From: Aquiflexum sp.
GTDB lineage: Bacteria > Bacteroidota > Bacteroidia > Cytophagales > Cyclobacteriaceae
Reading direction: 5' to 3'
Assembly: GCF_041751335.1 (NCBI RefSeq)
Contig: NZ_JBGSXS010000138.1
Span: 6,505-70,504, forward strand
DNA: 64,000 bases
Shown: positions 39,294 through 49,141 of the stretch, piece by piece
Layout: each line of letters starts with the position of its first letter
Numbering within the stretch: position 1 is the first letter of the stretch
The notes under the pieces: generated by a model
Told to the model about the DNA's origin: nothing
The model's database searches: none
What the model saw: only the letters and a program-made list of their open reading frames with translations
Made by a program: the position numbers and the translations under genes

Positions 39294-41018
39294 TTAGAAT
39301 CTACCTGTGTATCCAAAATGGATTTTTGAAAGATTAATAGCAAAGTCCTGAACATTAGATCCACCCAAACCATAAACAAAATTGAATATCCCGTTGCCAG
39401 TTTCTAAACTGAATCCCATTCCTGCCGAAAAGGTGTTGTCAACGGGCAATCCCTGTATATTATTCTCTAACCTTCCCATGTCGGCAAAAATCATAAAATA
39501 TGAGTAGGTATCAAAATAAAATCTTGGCTCCACATTGAGATAAATATAATTATTGGCAAAAAAGAAATTTTCATTGAAGCCCCTGATACTTTGAAGCCCA
39601 CCCAACCTGAACAAGTCGTTGAGCAAAAGATTTTCGTTTTGAACAATTCCTCCCGATAATCTTGTAAACAAACCCCACTGTTGGTTAAAATAGAAATACT
39701 TTTCAAATCTACCCTGTAAATAATATTGTAAAGTTCTTAGGTCAACCCCTTCATATAAAGATGGAGGTATGGCTGTATTCTCGATCAGGTTCTTGTTTCC
39801 TATGGCAAATTCCATTTCTGCAAATGCTCCCCTTCTGGGGAAAAATACATCATCAAGCCAAAAATGAGCATAATTTACCCCATAGTTGTTGAACCGAAAA
39901 TCACCCGCCACTGGTAAAGCTGTAATTTCACTCAGTCCAGTTGATGTTAACAAATCACCTGCCTGTCTACGGGTGAAGAATTTCAGATAGCCATCTGAAT
40001 TGAACCTGTAACCAAAACTTAAACGGAAATCCCTATTCAAAAAAGTAGTATCTTCTTTCAACAATGAAAATGAAACGCCCATATCAATCATTGACCCCAA
40101 TAACATGGGTTCAAATGCCGCTACCTTCAAATTCTGGGAAAATTGATTGAACCTTTGCCAATGGAGTTCATAGTTCCTGCCACTTCCACCCAAATTGTGG
40201 AGCATAACATCAAACTGACCTGTAACCAATAACCTTCCTCCTTCAAGTTCATTAGGCAAAAAGCCAATAATTCCATCGATAGAGTTGATTTTTCGGTCAT
40301 TGATAGGCAAATAAAGTGTTGCCTCCTCATTCTGAAAACTCAGTTCAGGTTCTTCTGACCATCTTAGATAAGGCAGGTTTCTGATCTGCTGAATTCCATT
40401 CTGTACTTTTCTTTGTGAAAAAGGTTCACCAGGTCTAATCTGTAAAAAGTTTGAAAGAAACTTAGGTTTTGTTTTTGAATCACCGGTGACTTTTAATGTA
40501 TCAAAAGTGATAAAAGGTCCAAGGTCCAAGTTCAGCGCTGCCGAAAATTTATTTCCATCCCTTTCGAGGCTATCCAATTTTACAGAAGCAAAAGGATAAC
40601 CTTTATTTTCTGATTCTTTGATGATGGATTCAAACAACCTGTACACCTGCCTGTAATCAAATGATTTTTGGTTAAATCTTTTCATGTCTGCACCCGCTTT
40701 GACTAAGACCACAGATTCAACATTCCCCTGCCTCAATGTAACCCATTCAAACTTTTTGCCTGTATCCACACTTAGCCACAAGGAATCTTTAGATTTGAGC
40801 AAGACACTTTGAATTGGATCTAGATATCCCAATTGGTACAATTCCTGAAAACGTGTCCTGATAAATGCGGCTTTTGCCAAAGAATCGCTGAAAACCTGCT
40901 CATCCACCAAGTTAATGCCCCCTTTGGTTTCCAACTTCAACCAATTTCTCTCTTGGGAAAAAGATTGGAAGCAAACCAAAAAAAATAAAAGAAGGAGGAA
41001 TAGTAGGGTGCTTTTCAA
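39294..41018 (-). CDS. Omp85 (BamA/TamA-like) POTRA plus beta-barrel protein
   Basis: ENKGYPFA POTRA motif, LGGLQSIRGF lid motif, terminal Phe. Confidence 0.85.
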   Translation of the reverse strand: MKSTLLFLLLLFFLVCFQSFSQERNWLKLETKGGINLVDEQVFSDSLAKAAFIRTRFQELYQLGYLDPIQSVLLKSKDSLWLSVDTGKKFEWVTLRQGNVESVVLVKAGADMKRFNQKSFDYRQVYRLFESIIKESENKGYPFASVKLDSLERDGNKFSAALNLDLGPFITFDTLKVTGDSKTKPKFLSNFLQIRPGEPFSQRKVQNGIQQIRNLPYLRWSEEPELSFQNEEATLYLPINDRKINSIDGIIGFLPNELEGGRLLVTGQFDVMLHNLGGSGRNYELHWQRFNQFSQNLKVAAFEPMLLGSMIDMGVSFSLLKEDTTFLNRDFRLSFGYRFNSDGYLKFFTRRQAGDLLTSTGLSEITALPVAGDFRFNNYGVNYAHFWLDDVFFPRRGAFAEMEFAIGNKNLIENTAIPPSLYEGVDLRTLQYYLQGRFEKYFYFNQQWGLFTRLSGGIVQNENLLLNDLFRLGGLQSIRGFNENFFFANNYIYLNVEPRFYFDTYSYFMIFADMGRLENNIQGLPVDNTFSAGMGFSLETGNGIFNFVYGLGGSNVQDFAINLSKIHFGYTGRF

Positions 41019-41065
41019 TTTGGAGCAATTGGTTTAACTATCTTTGAAGGCTAAAAGTAAACAAA

Positions 41066-42193
41066 TTGTCCGGTATCTACATCCATATTCCTTTTTGCAA
41101 GCAGGCTTGCCATTACTGTGATTTTCATTTCAGTACCAACACCAATCGCACTAATGAAATGGTGGATATGATCTGCAGGGAACTGGAATTGAGAAGTGAT
41201 TACCTCCCCAAAGGCAAACCTGTCAATACCATTTATTTTGGCGGAGGAACTCCGTCATTACTCAGCGCTGCCCAGATCGGAAAAATTCTGGACCAAATCC
41301 AACTCTATTACCAACTGGACTTGAAGGAACTCACGCTTGAAGCCAATCCTGATGACCTGAACGCAAAAAACCTGCAAGACTGGAAAGCGCTTGGTCTTGA
41401 TAGATTAAGTATAGGAATTCAGACCTTCGATGCAGAAATTCTTCGATTCTATAATCGGGCGCACAATTCAAAAGAATCTCTTAACGCGATCCTAATGGCA
41501 AAAGCAGTGGGTTTCCAAAAACTTTCCATTGACCTGATTTATGGTTTCCCCTCAGATAACCATAACATTTGGAAAAATGACCTCCAAATAGCTTTGGACC
41601 AAGACCCTGGACATATCAGCAGTTATTGTCTGACTGTAGAACCAAAAACAGCTTTGGGAAACTGGGAAAAAAGAGGATTGTACTCCCATTCAACAGAAGA
41701 CTTTGCCGCAGTGCAGTTTGAAATGCTGATGGAGTCTTTGGATAAAGTCGGCTATATCCAATACGAAATCTCCAATTTTGGAAAATTCGGACAGTTTGCG
41801 ATTCACAATACTAATTATTGGTCAGGAATTCCTTACTTGGGGATTGGGCCGAGCGCACATTCATTTGACGGCAATGTCCGGGGCTTCAATATTTCCAACA
41901 ATTCAAAATACATCGATAGCTTGAAAAACGACGATCTTGCCTTTACGGAAGAAAAAGCCACAAACCTAGATATTGCGAATGACCAAATCCTAACGGCTTT
42001 AAGGACTATTTGGGGGTTGGACCTGATCTCGTTTAAAACTGATTTTGGGTTTGACCTGCTTGATTTAAAAAACAAACAAATTAATTTCTTACTTAGTGAA
42101 CAACTACTCAGATTGGAAAACAATCACCTGACCTTGACCACTAAGGGTAAACTTTTGGCAGATAGTGTTGCCGTTTCCTTATTTTTGGATTAA
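41066..42193 (+). CDS. hemW: Radical SAM heme chaperone HemW
   Basis: YIHIPFCKQACHYCDF, GGGTPS, YEISNF, HN..YW. Confidence 0.92.
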   Translation: MSGIYIHIPFCKQACHYCDFHFSTNTNRTNEMVDMICRELELRSDYLPKGKPVNTIYFGGGTPSLLSAAQIGKILDQIQLYYQLDLKELTLEANPDDLNAKNLQDWKALGLDRLSIGIQTFDAEILRFYNRAHNSKESLNAILMAKAVGFQKLSIDLIYGFPSDNHNIWKNDLQIALDQDPGHISSYCLTVEPKTALGNWEKRGLYSHSTEDFAAVQFEMLMESLDKVGYIQYEISNFGKFGQFAIHNTNYWSGIPYLGIGPSAHSFDGNVRGFNISNNSKYIDSLKNDDLAFTEEKATNLDIANDQILTALRTIWGLDLISFKTDFGFDLLDLKNKQINFLLSEQLLRLENNHLTLTTKGKLLADSVAVSLFLD

Positions 42194-42214
42194 ATGGCCT
42201 AACTTTGATCATCC

Positions 42215-42529
42215 ATGGAACACAATAGATACAACTCAGGAAGAAAAAAAGATGCCGCCCCACTTCAGGAGGCTTTTGAAGAACTCTTGAAGGCTTACAG
42301 GTTAAAAGATAAATTTGATGAGAAGGTATTGATGAATGCCTGGCCCGAACTGATGGGCAAAACAGTCGCCTCCAGGACCTCGGGGCTGTATATCAAGGAT
42401 AAGAAACTTTTTGTAAAAATAACCTCCGGTCCTGTCAAGTCCGAGCTGAACATGAACAGGACCAAAGTATTGGATTTGATAGCTTCTAAATTCGGTAAGG
42501 GTATTATCGAAGATATAGTTATACTTTGA
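42215..42529 (+). CDS. DUF721 (DciA-like) protein
   Basis: AWPELMG..VA..T pattern; 104 aa. Confidence 0.75.
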   Translation: MEHNRYNSGRKKDAAPLQEAFEELLKAYRLKDKFDEKVLMNAWPELMGKTVASRTSGLYIKDKKLFVKITSGPVKSELNMNRTKVLDLIASKFGKGIIEDIVIL

Positions 42530-42531
42530 AT

Positions 42532-43245
42532 CTAATCTTGGGCAGCAAAAACCTTTTTCATCAAAGCAGAAGTTCTTTGCAAAGGGTTTTCACGAATGTT
42601 TTTCTCTTCCTCTGCAATTAGGGTAAACAATCCATCTATTGCCCTGTTGGTCACATAAGCATTCAGGTCGGGATCGATTTTTCTGGTGGTCAGCGGAATC
42701 GTATTATAGGCATTGGCCAAATCCCCATAATATTTTGTAGCCCCGACTTCATTGAGGGATTCTTGGATTTTGGGCTGGAACAAGGCTACCAATTGGCTTT
42801 CAGTTGTTCTTCTCAGATAGTCCGTAGCGGCGTTTGGTTCTCCTTTGAGAATCTGGAATGCATCCTGAATGGTCATCTGCCTGATCGCACCTATAAAAAT
42901 AGGCTTTGCTTCTATGGCTGCCTTCTCGGCACCTCTGTTGATGGCGAGCATTGCCCTGTCCACTTCACTTCCAAGTCCAATTTGTCTTAGGGTATTTTCC
43001 ACCCTTCGGGCATCTTCGGGCAATAATATTCTGATCAGGTCATTTTTGAAAAACCCATCAGTCTGGGAAGCCTGATCTGCACCTTTACTTATTCCTTGGA
43101 CCAAAGCCTCCTTAAGCCCTGAACCAACTTCCTGTTCGGTCAAAGCTCCTTGGCCTGCAGCCTGTAAGATTCTATTGATATCTGCGGACGAACATGCACT
43201 GGCAATCAACAATATAATAATGCTGTAAATTTGAATGTATTTCAT
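42532..43245 (-). CDS. DUF4197 lipoprotein
   Basis: GLKEALVQG, INRGAEKA, YVTNRAIDGLF..IAEEE..IR.NP. Confidence 0.88.
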   Translation of the reverse strand: MKYIQIYSIIILLIASACSSADINRILQAAGQGALTEQEVGSGLKEALVQGISKGADQASQTDGFFKNDLIRILLPEDARRVENTLRQIGLGSEVDRAMLAINRGAEKAAIEAKPIFIGAIRQMTIQDAFQILKGEPNAATDYLRRTTESQLVALFQPKIQESLNEVGATKYYGDLANAYNTIPLTTRKIDPDLNAYVTNRAIDGLFTLIAEEEKNIRENPLQRTSALMKKVFAAQD

Positions 43246-43338
43246 AAAATGGTTTTTAACAATATTTTGCAACTATGGCGGTTAACGTGATCAGGATATT
43301 TAAGTTTGTTTCTGTAATATTGTGCTTGACTATCTAAA

Positions 43339-45402
43339 ATGCTTAACATCCCAAGACCAAATATCGGTAAAATAAGTGTTTTGGTGGCCATATTAGCTTG
43401 GTTGGCTTTACTTTTTGTCGATATCACCAGGATTTTTGAGACAGTAAACCGATTGGAGCCCAATATGGCACCACAGGTTTCCTATGTATTGGAAATACTT
43501 TTTTTCATCACCGTTTACCTCTTTTACAATTATTCCATCAATAAAAATGACGACCTCGATTTTCTGGATCTGATCTGGAGGGGTGCATCGACAGGACTTC
43601 TGGCAACTTCTATAGCATTGTTCATCAACTTTTTTTATCAGATGCTGGGTGAAGGTAGGCTTGCAGCAGACCCTTTGTTAAGAAACTTCTTTTATCATGT
43701 CAATTTTGCCATGATTACGCTCTTCCTTATTTCCTGTTCCTTGCTTTGGAAACATCTAATTCTATATCAAAAATCCAAAAGAGTTGTACAACAATGGCAG
43801 GCTTTTGAGATCCTGATGCTGATCAGTATGTTTTTCATATTCTTCAATGAAAACAACCTCGATTACAGTTTTCTGTTTGGATTTGTCTTTTTGGCATTTT
43901 TCTCAGCTTCTCTATCGGTCAATCTCAAATGGATACCATACCTCACTTTCAAGGAAAAATGGAAATCGATTCTGTTTTTTGTAATTATACTGGTCTCCAC
44001 CGCCTATCTTTTCTTTGAACTCTTGTCCTATAGTGGCAGCAACCTCACATTTGTCAATCTGACGGACAACCTGTTTTTGATGGGCCTGTTTGCTTTTGTA
44101 TTTATTTACTCGCTTTTCAGTTTTTTGGTCACGCTTTTCAATTTGCCTACCTCATCGGTATTCGAACAGAAGCTTGTCGAAGCCATTAATTTTCAGCGAT
44201 TAAGCCAGTCCATCAAACCTGGACAAGATGAAACACAGGTGTTAGATATCCTGATAGATTCCAGTATGAGTGCCGCTTATGCAGATGCTGGTTGGCTGGA
44301 ATTGCTGGACAGTGATGATAAAAAGGTGATCATTCAGGAAAGATTTATCGATGAAGATATTAGGGAAGAACTCTATGAACTTATGTCCAACACTAGGCCA
44401 TTTTCAGAGTTTAATTGGAAGGCTTCAGACAATGACACCAGAAAATACCAAGGAAAAATCCCCCACAATATTTTCAAATCAGCTATAATGATGCCTCTCA
44501 TGGTCAATTCCAAAACCATTGGGAGGCTATTTTTGATCAAAGAGGTCAAAGATGGGTTTAATAAAGAGATGATCAACATCATCAACACCTTTGTGGGACA
44601 AGCCTGTATTTCCGTCGAAAATTACAGACTACTGAACGAAGCCATCAAAAATGAACGGTATAAAGAGGAACTCAAAATTGCCCAAAGGGTACAGCGTAGT
44701 CTCCTCCCCACCGAATTGCACCATAATGAATGTTTTGAGATCAGTGGTTTTTCCGAAGCTGCGGACGAAGTTGGGGGAGATTATTATGAAACGAAGGAAA
44801 TAAGCAGCAACCTCTTTGCCATCATTATCGGTGATGTCTCCGGCAAGGGCACCTCAGCAGCCTTTAATATGTCCCAAATGAAAGGCATATTTCACAGCTT
44901 GGTCCAATTAAATCCCAGTCCGGGAGAATTTCTTGCAAAAGCTAATGTTGCCCTGAGCCAATGCCTTGAGAGAAATCATTTTATCACCACCGCATATTAT
45001 TTGGTGAACACCAAAATCAAAAAAATCAGGTACAGTAGGGCGGGGCATTGTCCGACACTATTTTATGATGCAAGCGTTGAAAGCTGTGATTACCTAAGTT
45101 CAGACGGTCTTGGACTTGGAATTGTCCGCAGTGCCCTTTATGAAAATTACATCCATGAGTCAGAATTTGAATTTGAAAACGATGATGTTGTTGTCCTGTT
45201 CACAGATGGAATCATAGAAGCAAAAAATGAATCAGGAGTAGAATTTGGATACGAAAGGCTGAAAAAAACATTGATGGGCTTGCATCATTTCGGCGCCGAG
45301 GAAATTCAAAAAAAAATACTAGAACATATTTACGGATTTGTGGGGCAAAGCAATATGCCTGATGATGATTTTTCATTATTGGTCATCAAATTTAACCCAT
45401 AA
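43339..45402 (+). CDS. Membrane-bound GAF plus SpoIIE/PP2C phosphatase (RsbU-like)
   Basis: About 8 TMs, GAF-like region, VGGDYY, GDVSGKG, RAGH, FTDG, DDFS. Confidence 0.9.
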   Translation: MLNIPRPNIGKISVLVAILAWLALLFVDITRIFETVNRLEPNMAPQVSYVLEILFFITVYLFYNYSINKNDDLDFLDLIWRGASTGLLATSIALFINFFYQMLGEGRLAADPLLRNFFYHVNFAMITLFLISCSLLWKHLILYQKSKRVVQQWQAFEILMLISMFFIFFNENNLDYSFLFGFVFLAFFSASLSVNLKWIPYLTFKEKWKSILFFVIILVSTAYLFFELLSYSGSNLTFVNLTDNLFLMGLFAFVFIYSLFSFLVTLFNLPTSSVFEQKLVEAINFQRLSQSIKPGQDETQVLDILIDSSMSAAYADAGWLELLDSDDKKVIIQERFIDEDIREELYELMSNTRPFSEFNWKASDNDTRKYQGKIPHNIFKSAIMMPLMVNSKTIGRLFLIKEVKDGFNKEMINIINTFVGQACISVENYRLLNEAIKNERYKEELKIAQRVQRSLLPTELHHNECFEISGFSEAADEVGGDYYETKEISSNLFAIIIGDVSGKGTSAAFNMSQMKGIFHSLVQLNPSPGEFLAKANVALSQCLERNHFITTAYYLVNTKIKKIRYSRAGHCPTLFYDASVESCDYLSSDGLGLGIVRSALYENYIHESEFEFENDDVVVLFTDGIIEAKNESGVEFGYERLKKTLMGLHHFGAEEIQKKILEHIYGFVGQSNMPDDDFSLLVIKFNP

Positions 45403-45429
45403 CCAATACCTACATAACGCGTATAGAAA

Positions 45430-45771
45430 ATGATGCTACAAATAGAGAAAAACATTGAAAATGACCATTCGGTACTCAGCCTTATCGGCGAAATCGATGC
45501 CAGCAATTCAGTGGAACTTGATGAGGTGATATTAGAAATGGTACAAGGCGGAGTCCGAAACCTATTGGTGGATTGCGAAAACCTGGAATATATTTCCTCT
45601 GCCGGTCTCGGTGTATTCATGTCTTATTTGGAAGAATTTCAGGAGAAAGAAATCCGTCTTGTCATTTTTGGACTAAAGGAGAAGGTGTTTCAGGTATTTA
45701 ATATCCTAGGCTTGGATCAATTGATGAAAATCAAGTCCACCAAACAGGATGCCCTTGATGAAATAATATGA
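45430..45771 (+). CDS. STAS anti-anti-sigma factor (RsbV-like)
   Basis: GEIDA and LEYISSAGLGV with the phospho-Ser motif. Confidence 0.92.
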   Translation: MMLQIEKNIENDHSVLSLIGEIDASNSVELDEVILEMVQGGVRNLLVDCENLEYISSAGLGVFMSYLEEFQEKEIRLVIFGLKEKVFQVFNILGLDQLMKIKSTKQDALDEII

Positions 45772-46184
45772 ATCATGAACTGAAACTATATTGTGATACC
45801 ACACGCTTATCAGACCTGAGACATTTCTTGGGAAGTATCCTTGAGGCTACACCTTTGACAGAAGTGGATCAGCATCAGGTGATCCTGGCCGTGGAAGAAG
45901 TCTGTGCAAATCTGATTATCCATTCCCATGATTGCAATCCCAAAGAATACATTAACCTGACAGTAAAGGAAAGTGATGATGTTATGATTTTTGAAATCAT
46001 GGATTTTGGCCAAGGTTTCAACATCCTGGAATATCAGGAACCCGAAATTTCTTTTGTCAAGAAAACCAAGAGAAAAGGAGGTCTTGGTATCATTCTTGTC
46101 AAAAGGATTATGGATAAAATTGAATTCGAAACCAAAGCCAACATCAATATCTGCCGCTTACACAAGATCTTGAAATCCAAATAA
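45768..46184 (+). CDS. Anti-sigma factor Ser kinase (RsbW-like)
   Basis: LAVEEVCANLIIH, DFGQGF, GGLGI..V..IMD. Confidence 0.9.
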   Translation: MNHELKLYCDTTRLSDLRHFLGSILEATPLTEVDQHQVILAVEEVCANLIIHSHDCNPKEYINLTVKESDDVMIFEIMDFGQGFNILEYQEPEISFVKKTKRKGGLGIILVKRIMDKIEFETKANINICRLHKILKSK

Positions 46185-46272
46185 TTGTTAATTAAGCCAT
46201 CATTAAACCCAAAGGCACCGAAATTTTTCAATTAAATTTGTAACATTGCACTGATATTCCGGACTGCCATTT

Positions 46273-48282
46273 ATGATGAATTCAAATCAAATCAAGCTTT
46301 TATTACTCGCTTTGGTATTTTCATGTAGCCCAAAATCCACAATAAAAACAGTGGATGAGGAGCCTGATATCAAAAGTCCTCTAGTTACTATTGGAAACGA
46401 AGAAATCTTTGCCGAGGAATTTTTATACATGCTTTCTAAAAACAGGAATTTTGATAGTCCTGATGAAAAATTAAGCGCAGCTGAGTTTGATGAAAACTTT
46501 AGGCTTTTTGTAAATTATAAACTTAAAGTCAAAGAGGCCGAAAATCTTGGGCTTGACAAGACAGACGAGTTTTTTCAGGAATATGAAGTATTTAAAGAGG
46601 ACCTTACCCAACCTTTTTTAATCAAAAATTCCCTGCAGGAGGGTGAATTGATGAAAGCTTACAGCAGGATGAAAGAGGTGGTCAAAGCCAGCCACGTTTT
46701 GTTACAATTTCCGCCCAATGCCAGTCAGGCTGATACCATTTCTGTACTCCGGATGGCCCAGAAATTAAAAAATGATGCCGAAAACGGAGCTGACTTCAAT
46801 GAACTTGCATTTGAACATTCCGACGATCCATCTGCCAAGGATAACAAAGGAAGTTTGGGTTATTTCACCGCACTTCAGATGGTGTCCCCTTTTGAAGATG
46901 CTGCATTTGGCCTTGAAGTAGGTCAGATATCTGACCCTGTCCTGACCAACTTTGGATATCATATAATAAGGTTGGAAGACAGAAAGCCTAATCCAGGTGA
47001 AATAAGGGTATCCCACATTCTTGTCCGAACCCCAGCCAATGACCCTGTCAGCGAAGAGCGGGCCTTGAGAAAAGTGGGGGAAATATATGCTGAACTTCAA
47101 AAACCTGAGAGTATTTGGGAAGAAATCTGCCAATCGTATTCTGAGGATCCCGGCACCAAAAATACCGGGGGGGCATTGCCTTGGATAGGTTTTGGTTCAG
47201 TGATTCCCGAATTTGAAAGGGTTGCGTTTGCTCTTTCGGAAGAAGGGGAAATATCCCCACCGGTCAAAACACCCTACGGATACCACATTATCAGGTTGGA
47301 AGAAAAGAAACCCCTCGATTCGTATGAAGAGTTGGAGGAGATGATCAAATCCAGGATATTAAGGGACAGCAGGTCGTCCCTGATACAGTCCCAGGTTGTA
47401 GCTATTCAAAAATCAAGGTATGGTTTTGAAGAAAATGAAAAACTGGCTGCCCTCCTTGAAGAGACCTTTACTCAAAATCAAAGAAAGGATGTGCCTGATA
47501 TCCTGCTGGAAAGAAACCTAATTGACTCAGTGCTATTTAGCATTCCTGATCATTCCAAAACTGTTGGTGATCTTTTGGATTTTATGAATTCAGAAAAACA
47601 GGTGATTCGTACCAATCCCCAGAATTACTTTTCCAATTGGTATGAGAAATTTATAGAAGTCAATTTATACGAAGCAGAGATACGAGACCTTTCTGAAAAT
47701 AATCATGAATACAGGTTACTGATACAAGAATACCGTGACGGTATCCTGCTGTTTTCGCTAATGAATGATCAGGTGTGGCAAAAAGCAATTGAGGACAGTT
47801 TAGGTCAAGTGAAATTCTATGAAGAAAATTTGGATCGGTACCAATGGAAGAACAGGGTTGAGGCCCTTATAATCACAATGGGGAAAGAGGAAAGTACCCC
47901 TGCTGTTCGTAGGTTCCTTTCCGACAAAAAATACATGTCAAACCTAGGTGACCGTCTTGAGAACACATTTCTTTTGAACAATCCGCTCGCCTTTACCTTT
48001 ACAGATGGCATATTCGAAATAGAATCTCATCCTGTATTGATGCGGGCAGATATTAACAAAACCTTCCAAGAGATCAAAGTCGACAACAAAACGCATTTTG
48101 TTGTCGTTGGAGAAAAACCCGGTCCTGGACCGAAAAAATATGAAGAAACAAGGGGAAAAGTCATTCAGGATTATCAGGAATATCTCGATAAAAAACTCAT
48201 TGCCACTTTGAAAGAAAATTACATCATTCAAGTTGATGAGGATGAGAAACAAAAAATATTCGATGCTACAGTCAACAAATAA
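46273..48282 (+). CDS. Parvulin-type PPIase lipoprotein with two rotamase domains
   Basis: KASHVL...GSLGYF...FGYHII and RVSHIL...YGYHII. Confidence 0.9.
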   Translation: MMNSNQIKLLLLALVFSCSPKSTIKTVDEEPDIKSPLVTIGNEEIFAEEFLYMLSKNRNFDSPDEKLSAAEFDENFRLFVNYKLKVKEAENLGLDKTDEFFQEYEVFKEDLTQPFLIKNSLQEGELMKAYSRMKEVVKASHVLLQFPPNASQADTISVLRMAQKLKNDAENGADFNELAFEHSDDPSAKDNKGSLGYFTALQMVSPFEDAAFGLEVGQISDPVLTNFGYHIIRLEDRKPNPGEIRVSHILVRTPANDPVSEERALRKVGEIYAELQKPESIWEEICQSYSEDPGTKNTGGALPWIGFGSVIPEFERVAFALSEEGEISPPVKTPYGYHIIRLEEKKPLDSYEELEEMIKSRILRDSRSSLIQSQVVAIQKSRYGFEENEKLAALLEETFTQNQRKDVPDILLERNLIDSVLFSIPDHSKTVGDLLDFMNSEKQVIRTNPQNYFSNWYEKFIEVNLYEAEIRDLSENNHEYRLLIQEYRDGILLFSLMNDQVWQKAIEDSLGQVKFYEENLDRYQWKNRVEALIITMGKEESTPAVRRFLSDKKYMSNLGDRLENTFLLNNPLAFTFTDGIFEIESHPVLMRADINKTFQEIKVDNKTHFVVVGEKPGPGPKKYEETRGKVIQDYQEYLDKKLIATLKENYIIQVDEDEKQKIFDATVNK

Positions 48283-49141
48283 ATATTTGTTTCTAGCATT
48301 GATGATAAGCATTTCATCTTGTGATTTATTTAAGTTCAAATCCTTGGAAGATGCTGAGGAAGACCCCATCATCGCCAGTGTTGGCAACCATAACTTAAGG
48401 AAATCAGAACTTGCCTTCATCAAAGGTGAAACCAATACAGCTGAAGACAGTACAAATATTGCAGGGCGATATGTTCAATCTTGGATAAGAAAGCAATTAA
48501 TGATCATAGAAGCCGGCAAATCAATGTCATTTGATGAAGCCGAGATCAACAGAAAACTCTTAGACTACAAATATGCCCTGATGGTATATGAGTTTGAAAA
48601 GAAATATGTAGAGGATAATCTTTCCCGAGAAATTACTCAAAAAGAGATTGAAGATTATTATCAGGCCAATCAGGCCAATTTCAGCCTCAAGGAAATCATT
48701 GTCCGGACCAATTTTCTGAAAACTGATATCGCTGCCACTGCTCAGAACCGAAACTTGGAAAAACTCCTGAGGTCAAACAATCCAGCAGATGGAAGTGCCT
48801 TAAGGGATTTGGCTTCCAAACAGGCCAGTAATTACTTTCTTGAAGATTCTACTTGGGTCAGATTTGAGGATATAATCATCAATACGCCATTGGCCAACCA
48901 TGCCAATAAAGTGGAACTTCTCAGAAATAATAAACTGATCATTACCGATGATGAAAGGTACCGGTACTATTTCAAAATACTGGAATACAAATTGCAGGAC
49001 CAGTTTCCCCCGCTCGAATTTGTCAGGGATGAAATCACCAAGATTCTGACCAATAGAAAAAGAATTGTCTTGGTGGAACAACTGCAAAAAGAAATTTACA
49101 ACAGAGCATTAGAAAATGAAGCGTTTACAATATATGAATAG
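48263..49141 (+). CDS. SurA/PPIase-like chaperone lipoprotein
   Basis: Lipobox SSC, IIASVG, EIEDYY; lies between two PPIase genes. Confidence 0.7.
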   Translation: MLQSTNKYLFLALMISISSCDLFKFKSLEDAEEDPIIASVGNHNLRKSELAFIKGETNTAEDSTNIAGRYVQSWIRKQLMIIEAGKSMSFDEAEINRKLLDYKYALMVYEFEKKYVEDNLSREITQKEIEDYYQANQANFSLKEIIVRTNFLKTDIAATAQNRNLEKLLRSNNPADGSALRDLASKQASNYFLEDSTWVRFEDIIINTPLANHANKVELLRNNKLIITDDERYRYYFKILEYKLQDQFPPLEFVRDEITKILTNRKRIVLVEQLQKEIYNRALENEAFTIYE

